A stretch of 60,866 nucleotides of DNA, counting the filler, from Sphacelaria rigidula (lineage: Eukaryota): NCBI GenBank assembly GCA_964200075.2. It is 8 parts of 8 records of this genome, joined end to end, with 100 filler letters (N's around TTAATTAATTAA, not from the genome) between each part and the next. Parts side by side here need not be neighbours in the genome. Positions count along the whole stretch, not along the records: positions 7,623 to 15,143 come from CAXNAA020014528.1; positions 15,244 to 22,764 come from CAXNAA020014529.1; 6 more parts are not named here. One strand, written 5' to 3'. A program made the position numbers and the translations under genes. Shown here piece by piece: positions 10,549-22,244 of this stretch (position 1 is the first letter of the stretch; each line of letters begins with the position of its first letter). Under the pieces are notes generated by a model. It was not told where the DNA came from. It ran no database searches and saw only the letters and a program-made list of their open reading frames with translations.

Positions 10549-11171
10549 AGCGAACCCGAAAGTTGCACCTGTCTCGAGGACGTTGTGTCCCGTGGGGGTG
10601 AGTGATGGCATCGTCTCCACGACGGCCGAAGCTCTGGGACTTAGCGATGCACTGCTCTGTTCTGGGCCCGGCCGGTTCGAGGTGAATTGGAATGGCGAGG
10701 TGTTACTTACACAAACGATATCCATATCGAATGGAACCTCGGTCCGGATTTCGGGCATGGTGCGGGGAAGGCTGTGATCGACGGTGGCACTGCCGTTCAG
10801 CCCTTCAAGGTCAACAACGGGTCAACGCTAGAGCTGAACACGCTGCCTCCACGAACGCAGGCGACTTTCGTAGGGGCAGCGTGTACAGCTCCAGCGTGGA
10901 CCCGCTGTTGACCTCAACGGCCGAAGGGCAGTGCCACCGTTGATCACAGCCTTCCCCGCACCATGCCCGAAATCCGGACCGAGGTTCCATTCGATATGGA
11001 TATCGTTTGTGTAAGTAACACCTCGCCATTCCAATTAACCTCGAACCGGCCGGGCCCAGCGCAGAGCGATGCATCGTCAAGTTCCAGAGCTTCGGCAATC
11101 ATGGAGACGATGCATCGCTCACAACCACGGGACACGATGTCCTCGGGACAGGGGCAACTTTCTCGTTCGCT
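10549..11171. pseudogene. Inverted duplication (long hairpin) of an exon from a brown-algal adhesin/polymorphic-outer-membrane-protein-like gene
   Basis: Arms ~10549-10855 and 10867-11171, loop ~11 nt. 10685-10779 is the exact reverse complement of 10942-11036 (95 bp). Both arms encode AL.L.DA.LC.GPGRFEVNWNGEVLLTQTISISNGTSVRISG / HGAGKAVI(D/N)GG with the same frameshift. The family assignment is from memory of Ectocarpus proteins. Confidence 0.8.
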
Positions 11172-12399
11172 TTCCCCAGCATACGCAGCAGCAATATATT
11201 CGACTGTGCTCGGACTAGATCCTCGTGAACGTGTACTACCTACCAGTAGGATACTTGTGCAACTGGGCTGGATTGAGTGCATTCGGATGAGCGGGGCAAA
11301 TTGGAGATTGGGCCAATACCTTAATTGAGACCGCATCATAACGGGTGTACCGCATATGTCACGAGACGCCCACATCTCTTTACTTGGCTTCTTGCTTACT
11401 TGCATTCGGGGTTTTGATAGTAGCTCGGGAGAAGCTTGGCCTGGTGCACGGTCTATGTTTGAGCGGTGAGTCAAGAGAGAAAGGATGAAAAGTACTGTAA
11501 AGATCGCTATTTCGTATGTGCGGAGAGATTTCGTTCCATGGCGTGTAACCTAGTCAACGGCCGTTATAGGTGCACTTCTCACTGCTGTGAGTTCCGAAAC
11601 CCTCATATCTGTACAGCTGGATCTGGAACCCCAAGGTAACAGGGATATTTCCGGCCAACTGCTGCCAAGCCCTGGGGATCACTCTTTCTCTCGAGATTTC
11701 ATCCGCCATAACCGGTACCGTGTGATCCAGCTGCCTAAAACCCCCGACTACGGTCAATCCTTGATCAAATAACACGAGGCAAATCATCGGCCACCTTCGA
11801 CGGCTGCTACCGTCTTCCGGAAGTCTTACGACATCCATATTGGCTGACACCAGTTTTAGACACGTGTGCAAGGTATGCTACACATCTTGTGTCAGGGTAA
11901 AGATATGGCGACACCTACTACACCCGTCGACGCGCTCATGCCGAGCACAAAGAATAAGGCGTTCCTCGGACGCCAGGGACGCCAGGGTTGTTCAAGGAGT
12001 GCAGTAGCAGGCGAAGTGCATGGGTCATGTGCACAATAACTAATAATAAGAAAGAGACGTCAGAGTGGTCATGTGTCCAGGACAGCGCGAAATCAGCCTC
12101 TTTAGGGTGCATCACATGTCACATGCACGGCTAGTCAAATTGCGATACCACACCTAACAACCAACCTCTCACCACCCAGTACTTGAGGCACGACAATCAA
12201 TCAAGCAGATTGATCTCTAGAGACGCCGTGACTCGAAATAGTACTGAGGAAAAAATACCCAACCTGCGAATCCACCACCTTCACGAGTGGCCACTGGGGT
12301 ACCATCTGGAATTCGGACGTTACAGACGCTGCACAACGTCTGTAACGTCCGAATTTGAGGTTACAGGTACCCCAATGGCTACCCGTGTTGCCACACCCT

Positions 12400-12680
12400 A
12401 CCATTTAGCAAGCGAAAGAAGGAGTACGGGCGGTCTTGCCGCATCTCACAGCTCACAAGTTGAGAGGAGCTGCAATTTACAGACAGTTCAATATTTCACA
12501 TCTAAGAGCGCATGCAACAATGAAGAGGTTTATAGGTGGAACTACCCAACCTACGAATACGCTACCTCAACATACCCACCATTTAGCAAGCGAAAGAACG
12601 TGTACGAATGGTCTTGCCGCATCTCACAGCTCACAAGCTGAGAGGAGTTGCAAATTGCGGAGGGTTCAATATTCCACATG
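12400..12680 (+). repeat. ~100-bp direct duplication
   Basis: ccatttagcaagcgaaagaa...gtcttgccgcatctcacagctcacaag..gagaggag at ~12401 and ~12579. Confidence 0.85.
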
Positions 12681-14050
12681 ACAGGAAGCATGCAACAAAG
12701 GAGACGTGTACAAGTGGGAAAACGTATACCCGACAAACATTTGAAATGCAGAGAGACGATACAAACAGTCCGATGGCACCCAACGGTCGAAAACAATACA
12801 TATATATATATATATAGGAGTGCAGTGTGTAACATGTAATATAACCAGTCTCCGTACTTCGACTCAGTTCCTAGGCAGCCTTTGTAATACAGCCGTCAAA
12901 AAGCGATGCATCCACGATCATTAAACATGGCGCTCAACTCGCGGAGACTGATATTATGTTACACGTTCCGCGGTACCCCAAAGGATCGGTGACGTTACAT
13001 TTGACACCTCTTCGACCTGCCGCCAGAGTAAAGAGCAAGTCTGTAGAAAAGGGCCATTGATTCCAAATCGGACCTGCCCATAATCACTCCAAAAACTCAT
13101 CCGGTCACATCCACGTGGATACTTTGATCTGGATCTTTGAATTTGAACAATTACGGATCAACACCGAAAATTGCGGACAACTCACCGATGAACGAATATT
13201 GGATCACCTGTTTGACCTCGTCATATGGTAGGAAGAACACCCTACTGATTCGAACGAATGTTCAAGCGCCAAAAGCAGCATCGGTCTTGATCCCTGAAAT
13301 CATCGACAGTTGAGCTTGGACCAAAAGAGTACCTGAGACACATGCCGTTAGCGAACGGTATAGAAGTAGAAGATGACCAAACCGACCGACATCGCGAACA
13401 GTGACTTCGGTGATCGGCGCGTTCCGGTTGGAGAGGAAATGTATACCGAACCTCGTACAAGTAGTTGCGCATGGCTGAAGGTTGGACGTCTGATCATGAC
13501 GCAACCTTGCAGAATATACCAGTTTATGCCAAGCACACTGATACACATTTTCCCAGAAGTTTCAAAGCCATCCAACTAGATGAGGCCAAGGAAGAGGCCG
13601 GCTCGATTTCGACCCAGTAGAAGGCGACGAGGTGTGGTTATGAAATAGTCCGTGTCCGGAGTATAGAGATTGTATTATGGTGTCTGAAGATATTGCAAGT
13701 CATATTCCTAGTTTCTTGTCAAAAGTGGGCCGGTGTGTTCTAGGTTGAATCAATAAAAGTGAAGAAAAACGTGTATTCCGGATCGGACGTTCTGGACTGT
13801 AAGATATGTTCAAGAGTAGATTTAACGAGAAGAAAGTCCGCTTGTTACGCACCAGACTGGGCAGGAAAAACGAGCTGTTTGGTGTCCTCTGATCATGAAG
13901 AGTGACTTATTTTAGAGATAACATCACAGGTTTGTTGTCAAGTACCATAGAAAGGATGAAGAGACACAAGAGTGGCGACAGAAGGTATTTTCTGCACCAC
14001 CCCGTCGCGTCTACAGGCTGGGCCAGCCTCGAAGCGGATTTGTACTTTGC

Positions 14051-14327
14051 AGGCGAATTCGCAATTTTTTTCTTGGAGTTGGGAAGCGAAAATTGGCATG
14101 GACAATCAACAGGGCATGGAGAAAAGCTGTCTGTGAGGTCCCCAAGTTTTTTTCATTTTTTTTCATGCTTTCAGGGCATTTTACAAAAAAAAAGAGTAAC
14201 TTTTGCCCTCAACTCATGAAAGAAAAACAATCTTCGGGGCCTCACAGACAGCTCTTCTTCATGTCCTGTTGATTGTCCATACCAAATTTCACTGTCCAAC
14301 TCCAAGAAAGAAATTACGAATTCACCT
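14051..14327. mobile_element. Fold-back MITE
   Basis: aggcgaattcgcaattt..ttcttggagttgg / ccaactccaagaaa..aattacgaattcacct, arms ~130 bp. Confidence 0.82.
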
Positions 14328-14599
14328 TTGAAAAACTGGGCCGGCGGAAATTCGGAACAGTATTTTGCGGGCCGTTTATCGGCCCACGTTTGGTGTTTGT
14401 GGGTTGAAACTTGTGCGGGACCTCGCTAGGCCATGATGAATCAAGAAGAATGGGTGAGGTTGGTTTTTACCTTATTTTCCACTGATTGAGGGCGTTTTAG
14501 TATAATAACGACCGTTTTTTTACGAGAACGCCCGAACCTCTCATAAAAAAAATGAAAAAGTGGAGGCCCATTTTTTTTACTCAGCATACCTATGTCGTT

Positions 14600-15100
14600 C
14601 TCCATGCCAAGTTTCAAATCAGAATTCTGAAAATTGAGCTGAAAAATTGAGATAAGGCCCAAGAGCAATGTTCATTCCTCCTCAAAACTCCCCTGAAAAC
14701 ACGAAAAAAGATTTTCAAAAAAACGATAAAATAGCGAAAAGCTGTGTTGTTGATTTCATGATGCACTAGCGGTTCTCCATACCAAATTTCATAGCACAAC
14801 TCTCAAAAACTGAGACGCGATATCCAGATTTAGGTCATCTAGTGCCTCTGCTCGTAATATACTGATTTTAGTATATAAATGTATATGCGCCATATCTCGA
14901 GATAGATAACGAATTAGGTGAAGGTGGGGGTATCCATCGTTTCCCCGTGCTCCAGGGAAGATCCGCACCAAAAATCGTCATCATCCGCGTAACCGATCGT
15001 TCGGGGTTTCATATAGATTTAGTGTGGACGCTATCTCCGCTAGGTATAGGAATTACTAAACATGGGGTTTAATCAACGAGGAAAAAATTGGCCCAGACTT
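14600..15100 (+). repeat. Dispersed AT-rich repeat, also at ~40560-40960
   Basis: Shared blocks aaaagctg...agcacaactct, gtgctccaggg..ccgcac..tcatcatccgc and acatgggg..atcaacgag. Confidence 0.65.
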
Positions 15101-15143
15101 CGAACTTTTCTCTCTCCGTTGAAGTCGGGGGAGCTACTTCTCA

Positions 15144-15243
15144 NNNNNNNNNNNNNNNNNNNNNNNNNNNNNNNNNNNNNNNNNNNNTTAATTAATTAAN
15201 NNNNNNNNNNNNNNNNNNNNNNNNNNNNNNNNNNNNNNNNNNN
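15144..15243. other. Artificial scaffold linker
   Basis: Same 100-nt linker. Confidence 0.98.
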
Positions 15244-15624
15244 CCGTATTGAGCGGGTAGGGTAGGTATTGAAATCTCGAAATACCGTGGTATCGCAGGT
15301 ATTGCAGGTATCGTAGCTATGAGTTTTGAAAATCCTGGATTGGACCGGTATCGGTACGGTATGTGATGTCCCAAATACCGGTACCGGGTACCTACCTTAC
15401 CTACGGTGCCTTCGGTGTTTTCCCCATGGTGCATGACGTTTTCCTCCAATGTTTGGAATATAAAACACCCGGGACAAAATTTATGGTCGATAGATGAAAC
15501 ATTGATGGACGGAAAATATACTGGGTAAAGTGTAGGCCTATTGCATCTAATGACCATATGTTGCTCAGGGTGTGGAATTTTAGTGTAAATGCCATACCTC
15601 AAAGTATTAAAGTAATGCATCTGA

Positions 15625-15993
15625 GGCCCTGTCTTAGCACATGAGTTTTCGATCGAAAATGTGCGTTCGAAAACGAAATGCATATGTGATGGGCCGTAAT
15701 CTCAACCATCGTCGAAAATTTTGAAGATGGTTGAAATCACAGCCTATCAAATCGTGATATTCGTTTTTCACCGCACATTTTCAATCAAACATGTGCCGGA
15801 CAGGCCCTGAGGACCTGTCTTAGCACATGGGTTTTCGATCGAAAAAGTGCGGCGGAAAACAAAAATCCTGATCTGATAAGTCGTAATTTCAACCATCGTC
15901 GAAAATTTTGAAGATGGTTGAAATCTATCAGACCAGGATTTTTGTTTTCCGCCTTACTTTTTCAGTCGAAAACTTGAGTGCTGAGACAGGCCC
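15625..15993. mobile_element. Head-to-tail dimer of 183-bp Tourist/PIF-Harbinger-like MITEs
   Basis: TGA-[15625-15807]-TGA-[15811-15993]-TGA. Each unit is palindromic with GG(C/A)CCTGTC...GACAGGCCC ends. Confidence 0.88.
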
Positions 15994-16827
15994 TGAATGA
16001 GTGTCAAGTTCGTCACCCATCCGAAATGTGACAGGGTACATGTAGTCAACAGACTCGTTGACGCGTGGGACCACGGAAGGCGTCCGCATCAGATGCTCAG
16101 TGCAGAGCACTGCGCAGATATCGGCACACTTTTAAATTTGAGGACGACGACTAAAACAACGACGATTGACCCGAACCGCATGCTAATGATCCGGGCCCAT
16201 CACACCGAACCCGTCGTTCGGTACCTGTCGAATCCCGGGACCGTCACCTTCCAACCCTCAGTCCGGGCTATGGTCATACTTTTCACTCTGAGCGATGTCA
16301 ACGAACACCAACCACCTGTCACTCTGTCCTAATACCCTGCCTCTTCCAGGCGTACCGATTCCAAGTCCACGTGTCGGTTTCCCACATCTTCTCGTGAGAC
16401 TTTTGTGTACCCACCACGCGATCGCTCTCCGCTGTTGTTGGGCATGATGTGAGAAAAAAAACAGATCGAGTGTTAGCCCTTACACCGCGATGCGGGTAGT
16501 CCATCTGGATCACCCATACCTTTTCCAAGTGAGTATTGATGCCGATTCAGCAGGTGATCTACTCTCGCGGTTTATCGGGTTGACCCTTGGACGACGAGCA
16601 TCGCCTCGGAAGAGTTGTACAGGCTGACAGTTCCGAGACATCCGGGGGTTTTCAGAGCTCGGGGGGGGGGGGGGGTCTCTCCGGGTGTCCCTCCCCGGAG
16701 CATCGGGGAAGCTCCCGGGGTCCACCATGGGGGGTTGGGNNNNNNNNNNGTGTTGGGGGCGGGCGGGGGAGCCGAGGTGCGCGGGGTGGGTGGGGGGGGG
16801 TGGCTGGGCGGTGGCGGCCCGCGGGGT

Positions 16828-16859
<32 letters not shown>

Positions 16860-18177
16860 CTCTCCGGGTGTCTCTCCGCGGAGCATCGGAGAAGCTCCCG
16901 GAGTCAACCATGTGTGTTTGGAAGTTTCCCGCGGAAAATTATGAGCCGTGGACGAGACCCGAGAGGCGCGGGATGATCATTTTGACCAAACACGGTCGTC
17001 AAAATGAGCACTTTTGTTCCGGCAGAGGTAGACAGCTGGTAGACACATTCGCTGTCTACCCTCATAACTCATTTTGAGCATGCCAAATCAATCAAGGATT
17101 ATATGACCAAAAAGTAGGTGTTCGAGCATCTTCGGTACACTGTGTCTGTTCACTACTGCCTGAGCGTCGTACTAGATCCACACCTCCATCTGGTATCCAA
17201 CGCCATGGTGCAACACGCAAGTGGCGGCCACGAGTACTCGACGCACGTAGATGTAGTCAAGTACTTCGACGGTGAGGCGACCGTCATCGCCGAGCAATTG
17301 CTCCACGGTATTCAGGGGCGTTCGCGGCGGTAGTCATGGTTCGATATCCAAACGCATGCTGCGTACACTGCACGTTCAACACTGCAAGATCCAGTACGCT
17401 GCAGACCGCATGTGCAGCCGCGGCACGATACACTATAGACTGCACATCAAAGATATGAGGCGTAATAATCAGGTGGTCGACAACCACACCACCGTCTGTC
17501 TGTTATGACGCAACTATGAGCCTCTCATGTACTCCCTGTCCCTTCCGCCGTGGAGTAGGCGTTTTGAGTTGTGACAAAGGAATTATTCTCAACCCAAGAA
17601 GTGGAGCGTCTACCTCAGTCTACCAGCGGGGGGGTCGCTGTATAACGAACCCGTTTGGCATTTTTTGTTCCTTTGAATCGACATCATCTTGATTTGAAAA
17701 TGACCGAAAACGATGCCGATTCCCAAAAGCATGAATCGTCAAGGAGTTCTACAAGAGTAAACCCTCAACCCTTAGACCGCGAGGGTAGTCTATCCGGATC
17801 ATGCAAACTGTTTCGAGTGAAATTGATGACGATTCAACAAATGACCTACTATCGCCGTCTAAGGGCTCAGCGTCATCGAAGTTGAAACACAATTTGACGT
17901 CATGATCGACGAGGGAACAGGACTGCTGAACCCCTCTCGCAATAAAAAATAAAAGGCAAGCAGCGCCGCAGGAGGAAGGCGAAGGATCAAAACAAACGAA
18001 AACAAAAAAAAACTCCTGTGTTGGCGATCCTCCGACCCCGGTTGGTGCGCCCACATATACCGAACGGTGTAGACCGGCGTCCAAAGTAGATGGGACGACA
18101 ACACACACAACTCACAACACCCCTCCCAGCCGCGATAAGATTTCGAGGGCACTGACTGAGCCTCTGGGTTGACCGGC

Positions 18178-18179
<2 letters not shown>

Positions 18180-18226
<47 letters not shown>

Positions 18227-18520
18227 GTCCCATTTATTCTGGGCGCCAGTTTACACCTTTCGGTATATGTGGGCGCATCAGCCGGAGTCTCACAGGAGGA
18301 AGTTCAACACAGGAACTTTTTAAAATTTTTATCGCGAGAGGGGTTCAACAGTGCCTTTCCCTCGTGGACCGTTGAGTCGAATTTTTTTGTACCCGCGACA
18401 TAGTCGCTCTCCACTGTTGGGGAAGGTATTGGGAAATATGCCAGATAGCTCCGGGAATTGAACCCCACTACTCAACCGTCAGAAGGTGTCGAGGTTACCA
18501 ACTGAGCCACCGAGGCGACC
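18180..18520 (-). mobile_element. Full-length tRNA-derived SINE with a (CA)n tail
   Basis: A-box tggctcagttgg and B-box ggttcaattcc. Perfect 13-bp TSD GGTTGACCGGCTT (18167-18179 and 18521-18533). Confidence 0.92.
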
Positions 18521-18729
18521 GGTTGACCGGCTTCGCTTCGAGAAATGGATCTGAATTCTTTACACGTGTGTTCGCAACGTACCTAACTCACCGACACCTC
18601 ACCTGACAAAACCCTCTTTTTTTTTGCCTCGCTTCGCTGAGGTACAACCATCTCAATATCTACTAATAATAGTCGAATTGGATTGATCGTATCTCGGCTG
18701 GGGATTTCGTTTTACCCCGGTTCGGCTAC

Positions 18730-21110
18730 AACCTACCCATGATTGATATTCAATGATTTGAGTACAGGAAGTTTTTCACCAAATTGTCGAAAACAATGTT
18801 ACCCGATTTCACAATGGACATGGAAAATCGGATCTTTGAAGAGGCTGACAGTCCCCGATTGCTCCTTGCTCGCCCAGAACGTGCCTGTTTGTCCAGAAAT
18901 CTACGCCGCACTCGTTTAGCGTCAGGGTTGGCAGCAATGGAGATTCCCGAATGGTGGAAACAACAAACAACGATTGTAAGTTGACTTTAGTGTCAATAGC
19001 GATACTCGGATCTTCAGAGGAGCTGAATCTCCCGAATGCTCCTACCTCGTCCAGAACGTGTGTTCGTCCAAAATCGGCAGCGCAGGCGCAGGTCCACCGA
19101 CGTAAACTTTGCTCAGGACGCGCTCCATACCCCCCGTTGTAGCGGTTTCTCGTATGCCTTGGTTGGGGTCAGGGCTAAGTTTAGCGTTAGGGTCGGCGGT
19201 ACCATCATTTATATTGATGGTACGAACCTTTTTTTTCAGCCATTTGCTAATCAGCCCTCATTGGTGGCACCTCATTCATATTGTAGTACGGTACCAACCA
19301 TAGCTTCCGACCATTTGCTGAACAGCCCTCGATTTGAGGATACATACCGCGAGTCGGATCTTCACCGGGGGGCTGGCAGTCCCGAGTGGTTTTAGCGGGT
19401 TCAAAACCAATGGAGTCCACCACTTGGTAAGTATGAAAATTAACGACTTGGTTTGAGTGCAGACACCGAAATCCGGATTATTGTGGGGGCTGTGCTCCTG
19501 GCGTGACCAGAACGCCTCTTCGTCTAAATGGGCGTCTGCAGAGGCGCCGATTTGAGGCCTAGCAACCCACCCTTTGCCTAGGGAACAAGGTGCACCTCCT
19601 GCGCTCCGTCTCGGAAGGGCTGCGTGGTCAACAGTCAAAGAACTGAGGCAAGCAACAAATGAGTACGCCCTGCCCGAGGGTCCTCGGTATACCTTCGTTG
19701 GGGTGAGGGTTAACCCCTAGACCGCGAGGGCAGTCCGTCTGGACCATGCATACTGTTTTCGAGTGAAAAATTGATGCCGATCCAGCAGGTGACCAACCCT
19801 CGCGGTCAAAGGGTGAAGAGTAATTCTAAATCATGATTCCCCGAGAAAGTTCCACGCCAACCAAGTGTTGAACTAATCCCCACAGAACGCCATTTTCTTT
19901 GTTGTCCCCCCGATTTGAGGTCTGGCAATGCACACCTTGACTATCATGGGAAACGCGGCGGGTTGGGGTTCGGGTTAGGTGAAAATGTAAAATGTGCACA
20001 CCCTCGATAATGACCATGGTCAATAGATGCAATAGATGAACGAAAATGTACTAGGTAAATCATAGACCTTCTTTGTTTATCAGTAAACCACGTACCTTAG
20101 TATAGCTGGGCAGAGTGTAGGAAGATTGTGCTCTGTAGGGTACATATGTATGTGTACGCACCGGTTGAGAATCGGGTATTTTACAAAAGTATTCAGGAGG
20201 AACTTTTTATCAAGGTGAGCATCCGTTGGAACAAAGGCTTTTGCTTTTTATGCGCGCACATAATAAGCGTAGATTATGGGTTCTTGTTTCTCGGTCTTTT
20301 ACACTCGAATCAAGCAACTGTAACGATTCGGCGGGGTTTTCCGCTTCAAAATGACCCCTTTTGAACGAGACGCATATATTTTTTTTTGGAAAAAAAACGC
20401 AGAAGAAGTACAAGCCTATTGGAAGCACACCAGAGTGTTCACAAAAAGGCTTGATGCCCTGCCGAACCATATCGGAGTGAGTGGTTTATAATACTATACT
20501 TGCAAACCAAAAAAAATCCCCACTTGCGCGTGTACCTACATGAATAGGGTTTGGCCTCTCTGTTGATACACACAGGCACACGTTGTTGTTGCTGTTGTTG
20601 TTTTGCGCTTTTTGCCGTTGAGGCAGCGGTATCCATCCACCACTAAAGAAAGCAAGGCGTGTTGATTGCAGATACAGCGGCGCACGCAGAAGTCACGCCA
20701 ACATGCCGCTCTTGGCCTTGCATGCCTTCTGACCGGACGTGCGATGTTGCACGCGTGGGACAGTTAGCTCATGAGCTACCGAAAACAACTGATCGAAGAG
20801 GACTACTCTCTGATCCCGGGCCCTAGAGCACAAAATCCGTGGCAGCAGCAGTAGAGTCAACCGGCATTGGGCTACAAAGATCCGTGGTTAATGATTACTC
20901 GATTTGAGTGTGTTCAATGAGAATCGCATCTTTAGTAGGGCCGACAGTTCCGTGTGCTCCTCGCGTGCGCAGACCGCGTTTTCGTTGAAATCGGCGGCAC
21001 AGGCACCGATTTGGGGTATACCAAAGGCCGCACTTTGCCTAGGGAATGAATGCCATGTACTGCCCTTGCCCCGAGGATTCTCGGTATGCGTTGGGTTGGG
21101 GTTAAGGTTT
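18730..21110 (+). repeat. Cluster of four diverged copies of a ~200-bp repeat (18730-18900, 18990-19190, 19430-19710, 20890-21110)
   Basis: Shared gatttgagt..aatcggatcttt..tgctcct..ccagaacg..aaatcggc..ctttgc blocks. Confidence 0.55.
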
Positions 21111-21377
21111 TGGGGGTGGCGACACTTGTAGCCCAACGCCGGTTAACTAGCCTCGGCAGCAGAGTCCACGAAGCCGAAGCGCTACCTTTTGCGCCTCTCC
21201 GCGTGCTCAGCGTTCGGCTCTGTAGGGAGTAAATGTAAAAAAAAAATGGGTGGACCGAGTGAGCTAGCCCATGATACGGATCGGTACACTAATAAGAGGT
21301 GATATTTAGGTAGCTCATGAGCTTGTCCGGCGTGTACATTTTTTATTCTTTTATTTCGAACGCTGAAAAATGTTTAA

Positions 21378-21462
21378 CCCTTGGACGGCGGTTGAATCGG
21401 CATCAATTTTCACTTGAAAAAAGTATTTATGGTCCAGATGGACCACGTTCGCGGTACAAGGG
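21378..21462. mobile_element. piggyBac-like MITE (85-100 bp family)
   Basis: TTAA-CCCTT...AAGGG-TTAA. Related copies at 16477-16579, 17769-17865 and 19714-19813 have degenerate TTAA flanks. Confidence 0.8.
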
Positions 21463-21617
21463 TTAAGGATGTCTGTATGGTATACTACTTTTCTGTATCG
21501 TGTCGTTTCTCGTTTGTTTCCTTCGCGTGAGGAATCTCCGATCTCTGAAATCGAACTTCCCATTGCGCGTCCTGTACCTCCGATAATGACAATGACGACG
21601 ACGGCGACTACCCGCAG

Positions 21618-21740
21618 GGCGGGCCTTTGAGTTTGACGGTGACCCTTCGAGGAAAGAAGTACGAGGTGAAGGAAGCCACCAGCGTCGCGGATGTTCAGAA
21701 GTCGGTTGAGGACCAGGCCGGTCTTCCGAAGGAACAGCAG
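21618..21740 (+). CDS. Isolated exon encoding the N-terminal half of a ubiquitin-like domain
   Basis: Acceptor cccgcag|GGC, donor CAG|gtgggg. 123 nt, phase 0-0: GGPLSLTVTLRGKKYEVKEATSVADVQKSVEDQAGLPKEQQ, which fits the Ubl pattern 'T.V..(L/V)K..(I/V)....G(I/L)P..QQ'. Confidence 0.75.
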
Positions 21741-21841
21741 GTGGGGCGAGAAGAAGCAGCTATTATACCACAACGTGTCCTGTATTGTAACGATATTATT
21801 ATGCCGCTGTAGTTCCCATACACACACATTTGGAATGTTTG

Positions 21842-21965
21842 CAATGGTCGAACGACTAAGGCAAGCAACAAATGAGTACGCCCCCCCCCCCCCTACATTT
21901 GGTCAATAGCCAAACGACTATAATGAGGCGAGCAACAGATGAGTACACGCGCCCCCCACCGCCCC
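21842..21965 (+). mobile_element. Two tandem short 3' ends of LINE family A, each followed by a C-run
   Basis: ...gcaagcaacaaatgagtacg-C13 followed by ...gcaacagatgagtacacgcgccccc. Further copies at 19601-19670 (+) and 54641-54830 (-). Confidence 0.8.
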
Positions 21966-22200
21966 AGATATGTGGCTGGTTTGGGGAAGCAAAATCTGCA
22001 TTTGTTGAAAAGAACGTAAGTCGAGCAGACCGAGCAGCTACCTGGGAACTCCCATGCCGTGTCATTTTTCACCAATGTCGCTTGTTGTGACACGTTTCAT
22101 GCAATCTTGAACCAGCTGCCATGCGCTTTTTGGCCATTTTCCGCGTGACGGTTTGGCGGCTGGTTTTGGGGGCGGAGCGGGGGGGTATTCGTGCATCAGT

Positions 22201-22244
22201 CTGTACTGTACTGTACTGTACTGTACTGTACTGTACTGTACTGT
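22201..22244. repeat. (CTGTA)8 microsatellite
   Basis: Directly visible. Also (TA)n at ~1134-1167 and (AGAT)n at ~7700-7728. Confidence 0.97.

Noticed and set aside
12950-14010. Decayed retroelement coding sequence (copia gag-like WIFEFEQLR...DERILDHL on +, or DIRS-like LLGKCVS / TDAA on -)
   Set aside because: Two mutually exclusive weak readings with many stops; cannot be assigned without BLASTX.
16660-16912. G-quadruplex-rich duplicated unit
   Set aside because: The two copies flank a 10-N gap and long G-runs, so this is probably an overlap or mis-join artefact.
20758-21328. TIR element bounded by ggaca..agctcatgagctacc
   Set aside because: The match relies mostly on a self-palindromic core, and no TSD was found.
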